Positions 1 to 14,372 of a stretch of DNA of 64,000 nucleotides are shown piece by piece. Below the pieces are notes generated by a model. That model worked only from the letters and a program-made list of their open reading frames with translations, did not search any database and was not told the origin of the DNA. Source of the stretch: the human T2T-CHM13v2.0 reference genome, Homo sapiens. The DNA lies in NCBI RefSeq assembly GCF_009914755.1, contig NC_060932.1, one strand, 5' to 3'. The position numbers and the translations under genes are program-made. The number at the start of each line of letters is the position of its first letter. Position 1 is the first letter of the stretch.

Positions 1-1210
1 TCTTAGAGTTTTCATCTCTCCATTTACATTTACCCATCTGTTCTTGCATGTTGTCCACTTTTTCCATTAAATCCTTTGACATATTGATCATAATCATTTT
101 AAATTCCAAGTCTGACAATTTCAAAATCTGTGCCATATCTTGAGTGTGGTCCTGGTGCTTGCTTTGTCTCTTCAGACTGTGTTTTTTGCTTTTTAGCATG
201 TTTATAATATTTTGCTGATAGCTAGACATGATATATCAGGTAAAAGGAAATGAGATAAATGATCCTTTAATGTGAGGTTTTATGTTTATCTGTCTAGGAG
301 TTACCGTTTGTAGCTGTAGGTGTCAAAGGCTAAAATTTCCTTTAGTGTCCTGTTTTTGTCTCTCTTGTTGTCTCTGGGTTTCCCTAGAGACTGCTTTTTA
401 ATAAGAATCTGAGGGACCTCTTTCAACTATAACGCCCAGGATCCTGACTAATGTAGTGGTAAGGTAAGGGGAGGTGAAGCGTTCTGGAGTCCTGTGCATA
501 GTTCTCCTTCTTTTAGTAAGCCTGTGTCCTAGGCTGTGACCTTCATAAGTGCTTCTCAGCCCACCACCCCTTGGGTGAGACATGAAGGCTAGAGAGGGGT
601 GGAGTTGAGTATTTCCACAGGTAAGTTAGGTTCTGGTAAAACCTCAGTTGGTTAGGTTCTGGCAAAATTAGTTTCTCTTGAGGAAAGGATTTTGTTAAGA
701 AGACCAGAACGCTTTCCTCATTTATTTTGAAATGGGGAGTATTTCTAATTGGGGAGTATTTCAAAATGGCTACTTTTTCCCTCCGCCTGTCAGAAGCAGG
801 AAGGAATTTTTGTGTAATCTTTACCCTGAGACCTGGGGGGGCTCCTGGAGATAAAACTCACAAAAGTTTGTGAGTCCCTCTGAAACTGGGCCCTTGGAGT
901 TTTTAACTCTGAAGCTTATCCACACGGATCCTCCATCAGTTCCTCAGTCACAGTTAATTGCTCCTACCAGTATTGGCTCCAGCTGTGAGCTTCTGCTCCT
1001 GGCCTTTCTGTCCCCAGTAATTCTTGTGATTTTCTCAATCTGCCTCTCTCTCTCTTTAGTTTTCAGGACAGCAGTTTGCCCTGTGACATTTGTTCTTTGA
1101 TGTATCTAAGAAGAGTTACTGAGTTTCAGTTTGTTCAACAGCTTTTTTCTTCTGGGGACTGTAGTGATGATTTCCAAGCTCTTCACATGTTAGATTGGAA
1201 ACCAGAAGTC
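1..1210 (-). mobile_element. Old L1M (L1MC/MD-like) 5'/ORF1-region fragment, antisense, in the TERF1 last intron
   Basis: T-rich degenerate sequence resembling the reverse complement of an ancient L1 5' region; recognised by eye. Confidence 0.55.
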
Positions 1211-2489
1211 TCTGTCTTATACATATAACTGATCTTTCCCTATAGTTCTTCCAGCAGCCATTCCAAATGAGGTGTTATTTACAGATATATATGAGGAAAA
1301 CAGTTGTTTCTCTTCTATTCAAAACGAAATATAGGATATCGACCACATAATCAGTGATAATATCTATCACCATTTCCTATGCCAAAAAAGAATTCTGTGG
1401 ATATCACAAGGGCCTGGTTTTATTTTTTAGCTTTCCGTTGTTGGCCTTTTGTTAAAATACTTGTTTTAGAAGATAAGTGACAGACTTAATTTTATTTTGT
1501 ATTGAGGTTTTTAAAAAAAAAAACTTACGGCAATAGCCCATGTCTACTTGGACAGTTTTCTTTTGCTGCATTGGTCTGTTAAAGATATTTCTTCCTTCCT
1601 CATCAGAATTAAAGAGCCCTCCTTTTATAAACTTATTCCATTAAAGAAGAAAAGTAAATGCCTTTCAAACTGTTTTCCATAAACAGTATGTAATGAGAAA
1701 TACTGTAGCAGTATTTTCTTTTACTATTCGTAGTATCATTTTAAGGCATTAAAAAGCATTATTTGTTCTTTAGAATGGATATACAGTGCAGATCTGAGTT
1801 ATGTAATCTCTAGCCTTGGGAAAGAAAAAGATTGGTGTGTTTTAATTTGTTATGTGCTCTTTGTATCTTTTCAGGCTATTGGCATGGCTGGGGTTGTTAA
1901 GATTTTGTATTTGATTTTTTGAGAAAATAAAAGACAAATGACAATAAAACAAAGGAAATGGGTTGTATGGGTTTAATGTCCAGAAATACATCATCTTAAA
2001 CTCTTCCCTTAATTATTACTATCAGTGGAATCTGGTACAATCAGTTAAATGTATAAAATGAGGAAATGGAAAGTTTTAAGCACAATAGTAGACTTTATGA
2101 AATTGTACTGCCCTTATGTTTTCTTTCTGATCTGACACAGGTCAGTTGTGTCACTCATTAAACTCTAGCTATAGAAAGTAGAAGTTGGTACCAATGACTA
2201 CTAGGCCACTTGAACCTCTAAACTTAAAAATTACAGCTTTCCTTACTTGCCAGACGATAGCTTATTCTGTATGATGTTTTCAAAACTCTTTCAGTCACAG
2301 GTAAAATTAAGCAAAGACTGAAAACATTCAGATCAAGCAAAACAATCAAGGCATAATCAACCATGAAATAACACTATATCAAGCTAAAGTTACTCTTTTT
2401 CAATAGAAGAAAAAAATAAAATACTTAATGCTAAACACTGTTAGTTTTCAGTTAATCTATACTGACAACATTACTACTTTCCTCTAGGT

Positions 2490-2696
2490 TAGGGGTGAGC
2501 AAAATTTTTCTATAAAGAGCAAGATTTATAATATATTTATTACTAATGTATTTTATGTATATTTCACATACATAGTTTCTGTTACATATTTTAAATATAT
2601 TTTTTAAATGACTTAAATTTTAATATGGTTCTTAGCTCCGGGGCTGTAGAAAACCAGCCTTGGGCTGGGTTTTGGCAGTGGCTTGCTGTCCCCTGC
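2490..2696 (+). mobile_element. MER58-family (hAT-Charlie) MITE
   Basis: Ends AGGGGTGAGCAAAATTTTTTCTATAAAGAGC ... GCTGTCCCCTG resemble MER58 terminal inverted repeats. Confidence 0.55.
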
Positions 2697-3569
2697 TATA
2701 GATGATACATGGGAAAATACTGCTTAAACATACTGCACCCAGGACCCCAAATAGGATTCAGAAAACATTGGTCATTTCTTGAAAGAAAGGGGCTTTTGTA
2801 TTGTATCAAACGTCATCTGTGCACCTTATTAAAAATACTACAGCTCAGATAAGAACAAGAAAACAATGCTGTATATGTGTATGAAATTTGTCTAAACCAC
2901 AAACTACTTTTTAAAGCTGAATAACGTATATGGCAAGTTTTTGAAAGAACAGAAATGCTTAACTTGGAGACCATGGAGTTGATAGGCTCTTTAAAGAGAG
3001 TTTATGTGGCCCCCAAATTTGTATATGAAATTTTAGATACTATACTTTTCTGTGGAGTACGTCTGTAAGATTTATATGACCCCAAAGATTAATAACCCAC
3101 TGTTGAAGTGCTTTTAATCAGTCACCCCACACATGAAAAATTTATTAATGCATCTCTTGGTTTTTGTCAGTTAATGACAAGCAGTGTAGTGAGGTTTTGT
3201 AGGAGTGAAGGCCGAGTCAGGCAGTAATAGATGGTCATAGGAGGCTGTCAGCCTTTGTCTAGCGATTGAATAGCCATGTACTTGTAAGCAGCACAGTTGC
3301 CGATAGGTGTGCTGCAGACAAACAAAAGCAAAAGCACGTACAGAAGAGACCAGGTTCGTATCTTGGATTTAAGTCACAAAGCAGAGGAATAGCAAGAACA
3401 GGGGATCAGGTTTAAGGTAGCTCAAACAAACTTCTGCATGGGTTTGGTTACGGTCACTGCCAACTTTTTGGTACTGAGTCATACACGAGATGGTTCTCAT
3501 GTCATGTTTGTATTCTTCAGGCCACCTTGAATTCTTTCTAATATTGCATTAGACAATTGAACTGGATTT

Positions 3570-4280
3570 TTTTTTCTTCGATTATAGTAAAGTACACATG
3601 ATATAAAATTTACCATTTGCCATTTTAACTATTTTTAAGTGTACAGTTTGGTAGCATTAAATATATTCATATTGTGCTACCATCACTACCATCTATCAAT
3701 AGCACTCTTCCTCTTACAAAACTGAAACCGTACTCCTTAAACAGTAAGTCCATTTCCATCCTCCCAGCCCCCTTGCCACCATCATTCTACTTTCTGTTTA
3801 TGAGTTGGACTATTCTAGGCACCTCATATCAGAAGTAGCATAGTATTTTTCTTTTTCTGTCTAACCTAATGTCCTCAAGGTTTATCCATGTTCTAGAATG
3901 CGTCAGAACTTCCTTTTTAAGGCTGAATTATATAAGTATAATATATAATATAATTTTGTTTATCCATTTATCAGTTGATGGACAGTTGGGTTGCATCCAC
4001 ATTTTAACTATTGTGAATAATGCTGCTATGAACATGGATGTACAAATACCTCTTCAGGTCCCTGCTCTCGACTCTTTTAGATATGTACCCAGAAGTGGAA
4101 TTGCTGGATCATATGGTAGTCCTTTTAAAAAATTTTTTGGGTAACTGTCATACTGTTTTCCATAGTGGTGCTATAATTTTACATTCCCACCACTAGTGCA
4201 CACAGGTTCCAATTTATCCATATCCTCACCAACACTTATTTTGTGTTTTTTTGATAGCAGCCATCTGAATGAGTGTGGGT
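3570..4280 (-). mobile_element. L1MB-like 3' fragment, antisense
   Basis: Typical antisense L1 3' motifs (gatggacagttgggttgcatccac, cccagaagtggaattgctggatcatatgg, ttttccatagtgg). Confidence 0.8.
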
Positions 4281-5009
4281 TGATGAACCGGGTTTTTAAA
4301 GAAAATCTGAAGTGCTGGAGAATTTCTTGTAGTCTAGACACAGTAAATAACCACGCAGATGGTCAAATTGCTCTTTCAGCATGCCAACAGAAGGAATAAT
4401 TAGTTAGTTGCCTGTAGCAAATGCCAAGTATCAGTAATTTTTCTGTGTATAGTATTAAATTTGATTTTTAAAAATGTTTAGGAATTTTCTCCCAGCATAA
4501 AATTAAATGTTTTTAATTAGTTTATGTTAGTTGTATTTTTGAAAGTCTATTTTAGACAAGATTTGAGTTTTATATGGGTGTGTAATACTTCCCCTACCAT
4601 AGGCAGAACAGGTTTTTCACTGAGTTCATTAGTGAACTACTAAACATTCACAAAGCCTATTTGGAGATTTGGAGGATAATAAATACAACTATTAACAATT
4701 GTAGAAGAGCATTTTAAGAGACAGTGTGGGCTTAAAGTCAGACAAATTCAGTTGACATGTAGCACTGCCACTTTCTAGCTATCTGATCTTGGGCAGCTGA
4801 GCTTACATAAAATGAACAGTAATAATAATGACCCCTAAAAATGTTACGATAAATGTAAAATCTTTTAAAAATCTAAGAAATGTTTAGAGAAGTCTTCCGT
4901 CTTTAAGAAACTAAGCATTATTTTGATTTTTTAAAACTGGCATTTATAGTAGGTATTTTCTTTTTGAATAATTGTTTCTGTAAATAACTGTTTTACTTTT
5001 TATCAAAAG

Positions 5010-5186
5010 GCATGGCTTTGGGAAGAAGACAAGAATTTGAGATCTGGCGTGAGGAAATATGGAGAGGGAAACTGGTCTAAAATACTGTTGCATTATAAAT
5101 TCAACAACCGGACAAGTGTCATGTTAAAAGACAGATGGAGGACCATGAAGAAACTAAAACTGATTTCCTCAGACAGCGAAGACTGA
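5010..5186 (+). CDS. TERF1: TERF1 (TRF1) last coding exon, Myb/telobox telomeric DNA-binding domain
   Basis: After AG at 5008-5009 it reads [58 protein letters not shown], the TRF1 C-terminus (MLKDRWRTM telobox); phase 0; TGA at 5184-5186. Confidence 0.97.
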   Translation, partial: AWLWEEDKNLRSGVRKYGEGNWSKILLHYKFNNRTSVMLKDRWRTMKKLKLISSDSED

Positions 5187-5548
5187 TTGTGTTTGTAAAA
5201 GCTTGATGAAAGGACAGTTAAGTATTTTGATCACTGCATTTTGTTTGAAACTTGTGTCATTGATGTAATTTAAAACTTTTGTTTAAAGCATTACAGTATT
5301 TTTCTGTGACCATCAATTAATGAGGGTTTGTGCTACCAGAGTTAAAGCATATGCTATCATTGTATTCTTTAAGAACCTTATTTTGATAAAATGTAAATTT
5401 GTTGAACCCTGCCACATTTAGTATCCCCACCCCCAAATCCTGTTCCAATGAAAAAATTAAAACCTGATACGAAAAAAAAAAAATTCCAGTTAACCTATTT
5501 TGTGTCTGTAGGCTGACCTCAACCCTGTAACGTAACCCATTAAAATGA

Positions 5549-5842
<294 letters not shown>

Positions 5843-6042
5843 TAAAATGAATTTTCTAGATGATTGAATAACAGTAGTCCTTTGATAGAAGATAATGACT
5901 TGGTTTATGGCCTTAATATACTACTTAATTACTTAAGATGTTTATTAATAGAATGATAAATGTACAGAGTAACCTATAAGCATGACATACTTTTGCTTTC
6001 AGTAGTTTCATGTAAAGAAAAAAACTTGAAAATAGTAATACC

Positions 6043-6263
6043 TGAGTACCCATGGGAATAATAGACACTGGGGAGGTAGGGTGGGGAGCGGGAGCAAGAG
6101 CTGAAAAACTTACCTACTGGGGACTGTGCTCACTACCTGGGTGACAGGATCATACGTACCCCAAACCTCAACATCACACAGTATACTCAGCTAACAAACC
6201 TGCCCATGTGTTTCCTGAATCTAAAATAAAAATCGAAATAATTTTTTTAAAAAAGAAAAAGAC
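6043..6263 (+). mobile_element. Short 3' end of an older primate L1 (L1PA15/16 or L1PB-like)
   Basis: L1 3'UTR motifs (aatagacactgggg, ctacctgggtgac, taacaaacctgc..ctaaaataaaa), A-rich tail, imperfect TSD AATAGTA(A/T)TACC at 6031-6042 and 6264-6275. Confidence 0.8.
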
Positions 6264-7165
6264 AATAGTATTACCCATGGGACAAAATTTGTACTATTAG
6301 CAAGAATCATTTTGTGTCTCATTTAGAAACAATTTGACTTTTGTTCCAGTGTTTAAACTTTGACAAAAATGGTTTTGAATAGATCTTTATAACCTGATGC
6401 CATAAATACAAGATTCTCTGATACCTTCATTTAATATATCAATATTGGGCCTAAAACAGTATTCTGTAAAGCTTAAATTGGTATTAACTATGATCATCTT
6501 GATGTCTATGATAGATAATAAACAAGGTCATACATACCTTACTAAACAATTTTGGTTTTTCACCAACATTTTATTCTTTAAAAGATTTAGACTAACAGAA
6601 TTATTTAGCATTTCGAGTCATGTGCTTTATTTAGCAAGTGAGTAAAAATATTGGAATATTGAAGTATTTGCATAAAAAATCAAATGGTGGTGTTTTGTAA
6701 TCTCTATTGTATTTCCTATTAAGGTTTCATATATTACTTTCCCATTGTTCCTGAATTTGTTATCCTATATATAAACAGAAACATGGATGAGTACCATATA
6801 CTTCCTGACTCCTTTATCTTGTTACACCACAAGATACTGCACTATTTATTGGAGATATTTTGATGATTAGTGCCAAGGCTGGCATCATGAGCCAAAATAG
6901 ACTTGTTAAGTCAACCTCATTCCAAACACCTGCTATAGATCATCAAATCTAAGTTGCCATTAATTGTAAGATGTCCTGTTATTTCACACACACAACTAGA
7001 AAAGAAAAATCGGTATCAATTATAGTATGGTGCTTTCTTATTTTGAATTTTACTTATTAGAAGAGCTATTTTAGATGTATTTAAACATAAGATTTTTATC
7101 ACATAACTTGTGGATACAAAAAAAGAGAAATTGTAAGCAAAATAAGTTGGGTAATATATTCCTAA

Positions 7166-7513
<348 letters not shown>

Positions 7514-7519
7514 TGAATT

Positions 7520-7870
7520 CTTTTTAGTCAGAATTTCTGTTGAGGTAATGTAAATTCACATGCAATTGTAAGACATAATATAGAGATCTCTGTACACTTG
7601 GCCCTGTTTCCCCAAATATTAATATTTTGTAAAACTATAGTGTATCACCACCAGGATATTGATATTGATACAATCCATTCAACTTATTTCCCCAGTTTAG
7701 TATTCTGTGTATTTAGATCTAAACAGTATTATCACTTGTGTTCATACATCCACCACCATGAGGATCCCTCACATTGCTCTTTTGTAAGCACACATACCTC
7801 TCTTTCCCCAAATCCTGACAGCCACTAACATATCCTCTATTTATAAAAGTTAATCATTTTAAAATCTTAT
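7520..7870 (-). mobile_element. L1MC/MD-like 3' fragment, antisense
   Basis: Motifs such as aattcacatgcaattgtaaga and ggatattgatattgatacaatc. Confidence 0.6.
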
Positions 7871-7874
7871 ATAG

Positions 7875-8610
7875 TGACATCACCAAAAATAGCAAAATGG
7901 GGAGCTCCAAAGATCTGTCCCTCCACTGAAGCAACCATTGCTAGCAAAAACTTAAGATCAACTTTTTGGATCTCTACTAATAAAAACAACAACCAGAGGA
8001 ATGCTTAATGAAAAGGCTATTTAGCTTTGGTAAAAGAGTTTTTGTGGTTTTGCTTACGTGCCTACCATGCCCTGTCTCCCAGCCAGGCAACAGCTGAGAG
8101 GACAGTGGCCTGTGCTCCTAGTGCATCTTGATACCAGAACGGGCAATACAGATCTTGCTCTCACAGAAATGTGGGTGTGCTTTGACCTGCCTGGCAGTTC
8201 CTGAAGGTTCAGCTCAGAGGGTTGCCTTTGTTTTGCCCCCTCCACACTAGAACAGCCTCACAGTGCTTATCAGAAGCATTACCTGCAGCCATCTGGGGCT
8301 GGGGACGGCAAACGGGGCAAGCAGCAAACAGACCAAAAAACTTGGAAAGGAAATAACTGGGAGGAAGATACGTGGGAGAGAGAAGGCTCAGAAGGGCCCT
8401 TGTCTGTACTAGGTAGTCCGGAAGGCCACACACATGCCTAACACTGGACACATTTTTGGAAAAGACCTGAGAGGACTCTAGGCCTGCACCTCTGACTGAT
8501 CTTTAGGCTCCACAGAAGTAGGAGGTGGAAGCTAAAGCAGAATTTAGGTGACCTGGCTAAGCGCTGAAGGAATGCCCAAGTCAGGACGAATCTACAAAGC
8601 CTGGGAGAAT
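7875..8610 (+). mobile_element. Old L1M 5'UTR-like fragment
   Basis: Begins gtgacatcaccaaaaatagc..ctgtccctccac, resembling an L1M 5' end. Confidence 0.45.
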
Positions 8611-8624
8611 TACCATTTTTAACT

Positions 8625-8725
8625 TTTTATTTTATTTTATTTTTTTTAAATAGAGACATGGTCTCGCTTTGTTGCCTGGGCTTGTCTTTAATTCCTGGCC
8701 TCAAGAAATCCTCCTGCCTCAACTT
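8625..8725 (-). mobile_element. Alu monomer/FLAM fragment
   Basis: T-rich tail followed by Alu left-arm reverse complement. Confidence 0.75.
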
Positions 8726-8908
8726 TTCAAAGTGAAACAGTATCTTTTGTTCTTTTGGACTCATGACAGTTAAGGAAATTAAGTGAAATGCTGTACGTAT
8801 TCTTTGCCATCTTTCAATCAGCATGTTTGTACAATTCAAATTGTAGCTGTAGCTTGTTTATTTTTATTTCTACACTAATCCACTACATGATTCTATTAAT
8901 AATTTACG

Positions 8909-9370
8909 CTGTTGATGAGCGTTTGAAGTGTAAAAATAATTGAAGACCAAACATGAGAAAAACAGACTTTTTATTCAGAGCTTGCGGTAGCAAAGGAATC
9001 AGCCACGATCTCTTGTGTTTAGCAGACTCAGAGGCAGATAGGTTTATAGTGGGGGGAAAGGGGCAAGGTTCAGGAATGCTCTGCTTGGAGGGTGTTGGCA
9101 TGAGGAAGCTGGAGGCTGATCAGCTCACTGCAGGTGTCTTACAGGATTGCTTTGGGGAACCTATTTGGCTTTCTCTGATTGGTCCCATGTTGGAAGAGGG
9201 AGCAAAATGTTGGGATGATGGCAGTAACTGAGTAAGTCTTGACCATTCTGAATGGATCACTGGGGAGATTGTGGTTTGGCTTCCAGGAGTGGTTGCTGCA
9301 GAGGGTCTGGGTGAGAGTTCTATTGTCACAGAAGCTCGTCCATTGTCCGTGTGTATGCCTAGTCCCAGAG
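8909..9370 (-). mobile_element. Probable ERVL-class solo LTR
   Basis: Starts TG; TTTATT (reverse poly(A) signal), TTTATA (reverse TATA) and ATTGG (reverse CCAAT) occur in LTR order. Confidence 0.45.
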
Positions 9371-9748
9371 TTGTTTCCAGTTTCTGGCTGCTAGACTTTT
9401 ACATTTCACAATGAAGTGTGATTTTAGAAATAATATGAACTCTTGCCTGCCAGCACAAGGGCCAGTGAATTTTAAAGGAAGGAAGCACAATCTAGAACTC
9501 GACAGCAAGGGTCAACCATGAAAAGTTAGGTATGAATATTGTTAATTCCTAGAGCAAGAATTTTTTCAAAAATATAGATAGATAGCCAATAGAATACTAA
9601 ATTACTCTATTTGGAATACTAATAAACCCAGAAACAAAAAGTAGTGAAACAAAAACAAAATCACAGGGACAAACAGAAGAAATAAAATGGTACACCTAAA
9701 TCCAACCACATCAATAATTATATCAAATGTTAACGGTCTAAGCCAGAA

Positions 9749-9946
9749 GGTGCGTGGCAAACTTCTTCTGTAAAGAGCCAGATAGTACATATTTTAGGCT
9801 TTGCGGGCCATACAGTCTGTATACTCTGCCTCAAATTAGCCATAGGCAATATATAAATGAGTGGGTATGGCTGTGTTCCAATAAAACTATATTTACAACA
9901 ACAAACAGGCTGGATTTAGCCACAGGTTATAGTTTCCTGACCTTTG
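9749..9946 (+). mobile_element. MER58A
   Basis: ggcaaacttcttctgtaaagagccagatagtacatattttaggctttgcgggccata ... ggctgtgttccaataaaact. Confidence 0.85.
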
Positions 9947-10814
9947 CTGTGGAATTCTAGAGTGTGTTTCCTTCCTTTAAAATTCATTGGACCTTGTTCT
10001 GGCAAGCAGTTAAATTACTTCTGAATCTGGGAACTTCTTTTAATTCTCTTGGCTTTTTTTCCAGTTTTGGAAGTTTCCAAGTATGGAACCACTTATAAAT
10101 TAACAGGTTGGTTTTCCAAGATCAGCCTGGTGATGAGAATTTGGGCTACAAATAGACAGGATAGCTGACTGCCAATGACCTCTTAGTCCCATTCAGTGCT
10201 GCCCAGTTCCTTGAGCCTTAAGGGAGGGTTTGAGGTGACTTCTGGTTCAGTCTCCCCCTAAGAGTATAGTCTTTCAGTGTCCTCATTTAATTATTCCCAT
10301 CTCAATGTGTCCTTGGGCTTTGACTTCTGGCCCCCTTGCTGAGGAAGAGAAGACAATAATGGAAGTAAGAAGTATAGGACCCCCTTTCCTCCAAGGCTAA
10401 GATTCAGACCTCTTCAAAGAGAGGACCTTCCTACACCTGGACCACAGCCCACAGCGGGGAAGAAACTGGCCAGAGGGCACAGGTGGTGCTAACCTGGAAC
10501 AGCAGCCCAGGAGGGTGTGGCTGGGTGGAAAGGTGGCCTGGGGGCAACTGGAACTCATCCACATCACTCCCCCCCTGAATAATAATGATAGGACCAGGAC
10601 TGGAAGGGAATGGTCTTCCTGTCCTTTCACTCCAGAGACCCTCCAAAGCCCTCTGTTGGTAAAGCTTAATGATCATTGTGTCAACAGATGTTTACAGAGT
10701 CCAGCCCATGTCCATCTATCACAAAGCAGGGCAGAGAAGGGTGGATTTGGAGCTGAGAGCCATTATATTGATAACTGGCACATAAAGTGCTTTTATTTTT
10801 TTCAACTTACTCCC

Positions 10815-10815
<1 letters not shown>

Positions 10816-10865
<50 letters not shown>

Positions 10866-10875
10866 GCACGCACAC
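10816..10875. repeat. (CA)n microsatellite ending in (CGCA)n
   Basis: About 22 perfect CA units seen directly. Confidence 0.98.
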
Positions 10876-11605
10876 CCCTTCATATGTCAAAATGACATTA
10901 AGTTTCATTTAAATGTATCCTATATTGAAAGAGCAAAAAAAAAAAGTGACAGTTTGACTCAAGAAATGCAATGGTTTATATGACCTACAACTCTCGAAGG
11001 AAAAGAGTAATAATTTTGCAATGTTTTGATGATATTTACAAGTCATAATTTAAAGAGATACATAATTTTTCCCTTTCTACGTAAGTCCTCAAGGAACTCA
11101 CATCTGTTTTAGCCCAGATTTGTATAGTGTTTTGCTTTGCATGGATTATCTCATTTAATTCTTGCAGAACTTTGATGAATGGTATTATTAATTAGCAGAA
11201 TGGTAGTAGTAACAGGCAAAGTGGTATTGTTAATTGCATGTAATAGATAAGGAATCAAGCTTCAGTTATTTTGACTTGCCCAAAATTGATTTGGTAAGTG
11301 ACAGAACTTTATTTGCTGATAGTCCACAATTAAAACTTTTCATTATTCAGGTAGAATTCTTTTCCCTTTTATTCTATACATGTTGATATGCTTGTTATAA
11401 AGAAGCCTAGGCCTGTGATCTCGATACCCGTGGAGCTCTGCAGCTGCAGCAGATAGTAGAATGTATGGGAATTCACCCAAATGCACCTACAGTAGAAGTA
11501 TTATTCATTATTTCAGAGATGCTTTTTCCTCTGTGTCTGGTTATAGATCAGTTGGCATGGCATCAAGCAGGTTGATGTTCCTCTTATCCCAAGCCCCAAG
11601 CCTTA

Positions 11606-11915
11606 CTTTTTCTTTTTTTTGTTTTTGTTTTTTTGAGACAGTCTCACACTGTCGCCCAGGCTGGACTGCAGTGGCACGATCTCTGCTCACTGCACCCTCT
11701 GACTGCTGGATTCAAGTGATTCTCCTCCTCAGCCTCCCAAGTAACTGGGACCACAGGTGCTTGCCACCACACCCAGCTAATTTTTTTGTATTTTTAGTGG
11801 AGACAGGGTCTTGCCATGTTGCCCAGGCTGGTCTTGAACTCCTGGCCTCAAGCCATCGTCTCACCTCGGCCTCCCAAAGTGCTGGGATTACAGGCATGAG
11901 CCACCACGCCCAGCC
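11606..11915 (-). mobile_element. Alu (J/S)
   Basis: Alu dimer, reverse orientation. Confidence 0.9.
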
Positions 11916-12140
11916 ATTCCAGCCCTTTTTACTTTTACCAAGTGGTTACCACAACAACTTTGATGAGCTGTTATTCAAAGGAATCCTGTGATGAGCAATT
12001 TTGAAAAGAAAAATGATCTCTGTATTATATATTTGGAATTTTGAATAGGAAGTAGGTTAAACATGTGTTTAACACTTAACACATCCCAGGGGCCTCTCAA
12101 TTGTGGCACAGTGTGACCCCTACATGCTGTATGTGTATGA

Positions 12141-12416
<276 letters not shown>

Positions 12417-12692
12417 TAATTTTTTTTTTTTGAAACCTATTACAGTAACTCCCTGAGATGAAGATGAGACGTTTAGCTTCCTCACACTCCCTCCTCCTCC
12501 TCCTTCCCCATGCACCTCCCATGCTTTGTTCAATGTTACTCTCCTTTTACTTGCTTAAGGTACTCTTTCTTATGCCATTGACTTTAGACGGAATTCCTTG
12601 GCTTTACTGAGTAAGATGGGGAAATTAGAAATCTGCAGTCCCCAATGTTAACACTCACTCATTTTGTTAGCTATGACTATTTCATTGTCAAG

Positions 12693-12740
12693 CGGTTGGT
12701 TGGTTGGTTAGTTGGTTGGTTGGTTTGTTTTGTTTTGGTT
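12693..12740. repeat. (GGTT)n simple repeat
   Basis: Seen directly. Confidence 0.85.
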
Positions 12741-13256
12741 TCACCATTCATACACAGTCTGTCCACTAATTATAATTTTTTGTGCTTTATGTGTGGGTAG
12801 ATTCTAAAAAGTCAGAAACCAATAAACCTGTATTATGATTATATAGTATATTATTCACATTAGTTCCTAGAAGTGTGGTTGACTCATTAAAAATGTAATC
12901 CTATATTACAAAATTCATACAACTAAAGTGTCAAAGGAAATTAATGTTCTCTGTTTCCCCCCTCAATAGCTCAGGATCATGCCACATTTAAGCTTCATAT
13001 TTTGATCATGTTTTTATTTTCAGTTTCATCCTGAAACTTTTATTTCCAGTTTTATGAAAGTAGTACATGTTCACACTTTTAAAACTGAAATAGTTCCACA
13101 TGGCTTAAAATGCAAAACACGCTTCCCTTTCACTACCCTTTGGTGCTTCCTAAAAGCCACCATTCTCAACTCTTTTAGCTCTTCCCTTAGCTATTGATTT
13201 TTGTATTTGTTAAAAACATGCTCTTACTGCTGTTTGTTGTTTTTCAGTTTGAGATA

Positions 13257-13741
<485 letters not shown>

Positions 13742-14372
13742 TAATTGTTCTTTACACCTGAGCTGTGTAGTTTCTATGTACATGTCACTTATTCATCTCC
13801 AAATTCTCCAACCAAATTGAAAATCTCAGAACATAATGAAAGATGTAGGCCCTCCTTCGGATTGCATTGTTTTTTGGAGCCATCCCTGCCCCTGCTCCCA
13901 GGTAGTCTGGCTGCTCTGCAGGCCTGCTGCAAGCTGTCAGGCTTACATTGCCCTTCGTCTGCACTCTGGGGATCCTCATTTCTCTCCCAGGTTGTGTTCC
14001 TTATTACCTGGACCCTCTTGCTTGGTTTACACTCCTGTTTAGATAGAGCACCTCCTCCTGTACCTTCACAGAAAAAGCACAGAGAATGGAAAACTCATAT
14101 CTTGCATGTCTGAAAAAATCCTTATTCTGCCTTACATTTGAATAATAATTTTATAGGATATAGAATTTTAGTTTGGAAAACATTTTCCTTCCGAATTTTA
14201 AAGGCATTGCTCTGTTGTCTTCTAGTTTCAAATGTTGCTTTACATAAATATTCTGATGCAATTCTAATTACTGATTATTTGCACATGACCTACTTTTTTC
14301 TCTCTGGAATATTTTAGATTCTTGGGTATCTGATAATCTGGAATTTCATGGTAAGATGCCTTGTTGTGAACC

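Noticed and set aside
733-762. Short direct repeat TGGGGAGTATTTC x2 (and a similar one at about 44820-44858)
   Set aside because: Local slippage duplications with only two copies and no spacer pattern.
1-5009. An in-frame cassette exon of about 90 nt in the TERF1 last intron (I recall a reported hominid-specific isoform)
   Set aside because: I found no AG-90 nt-GT stop-free candidate by eye (1246-1335 is open but has no donor); it may lie upstream of the window.
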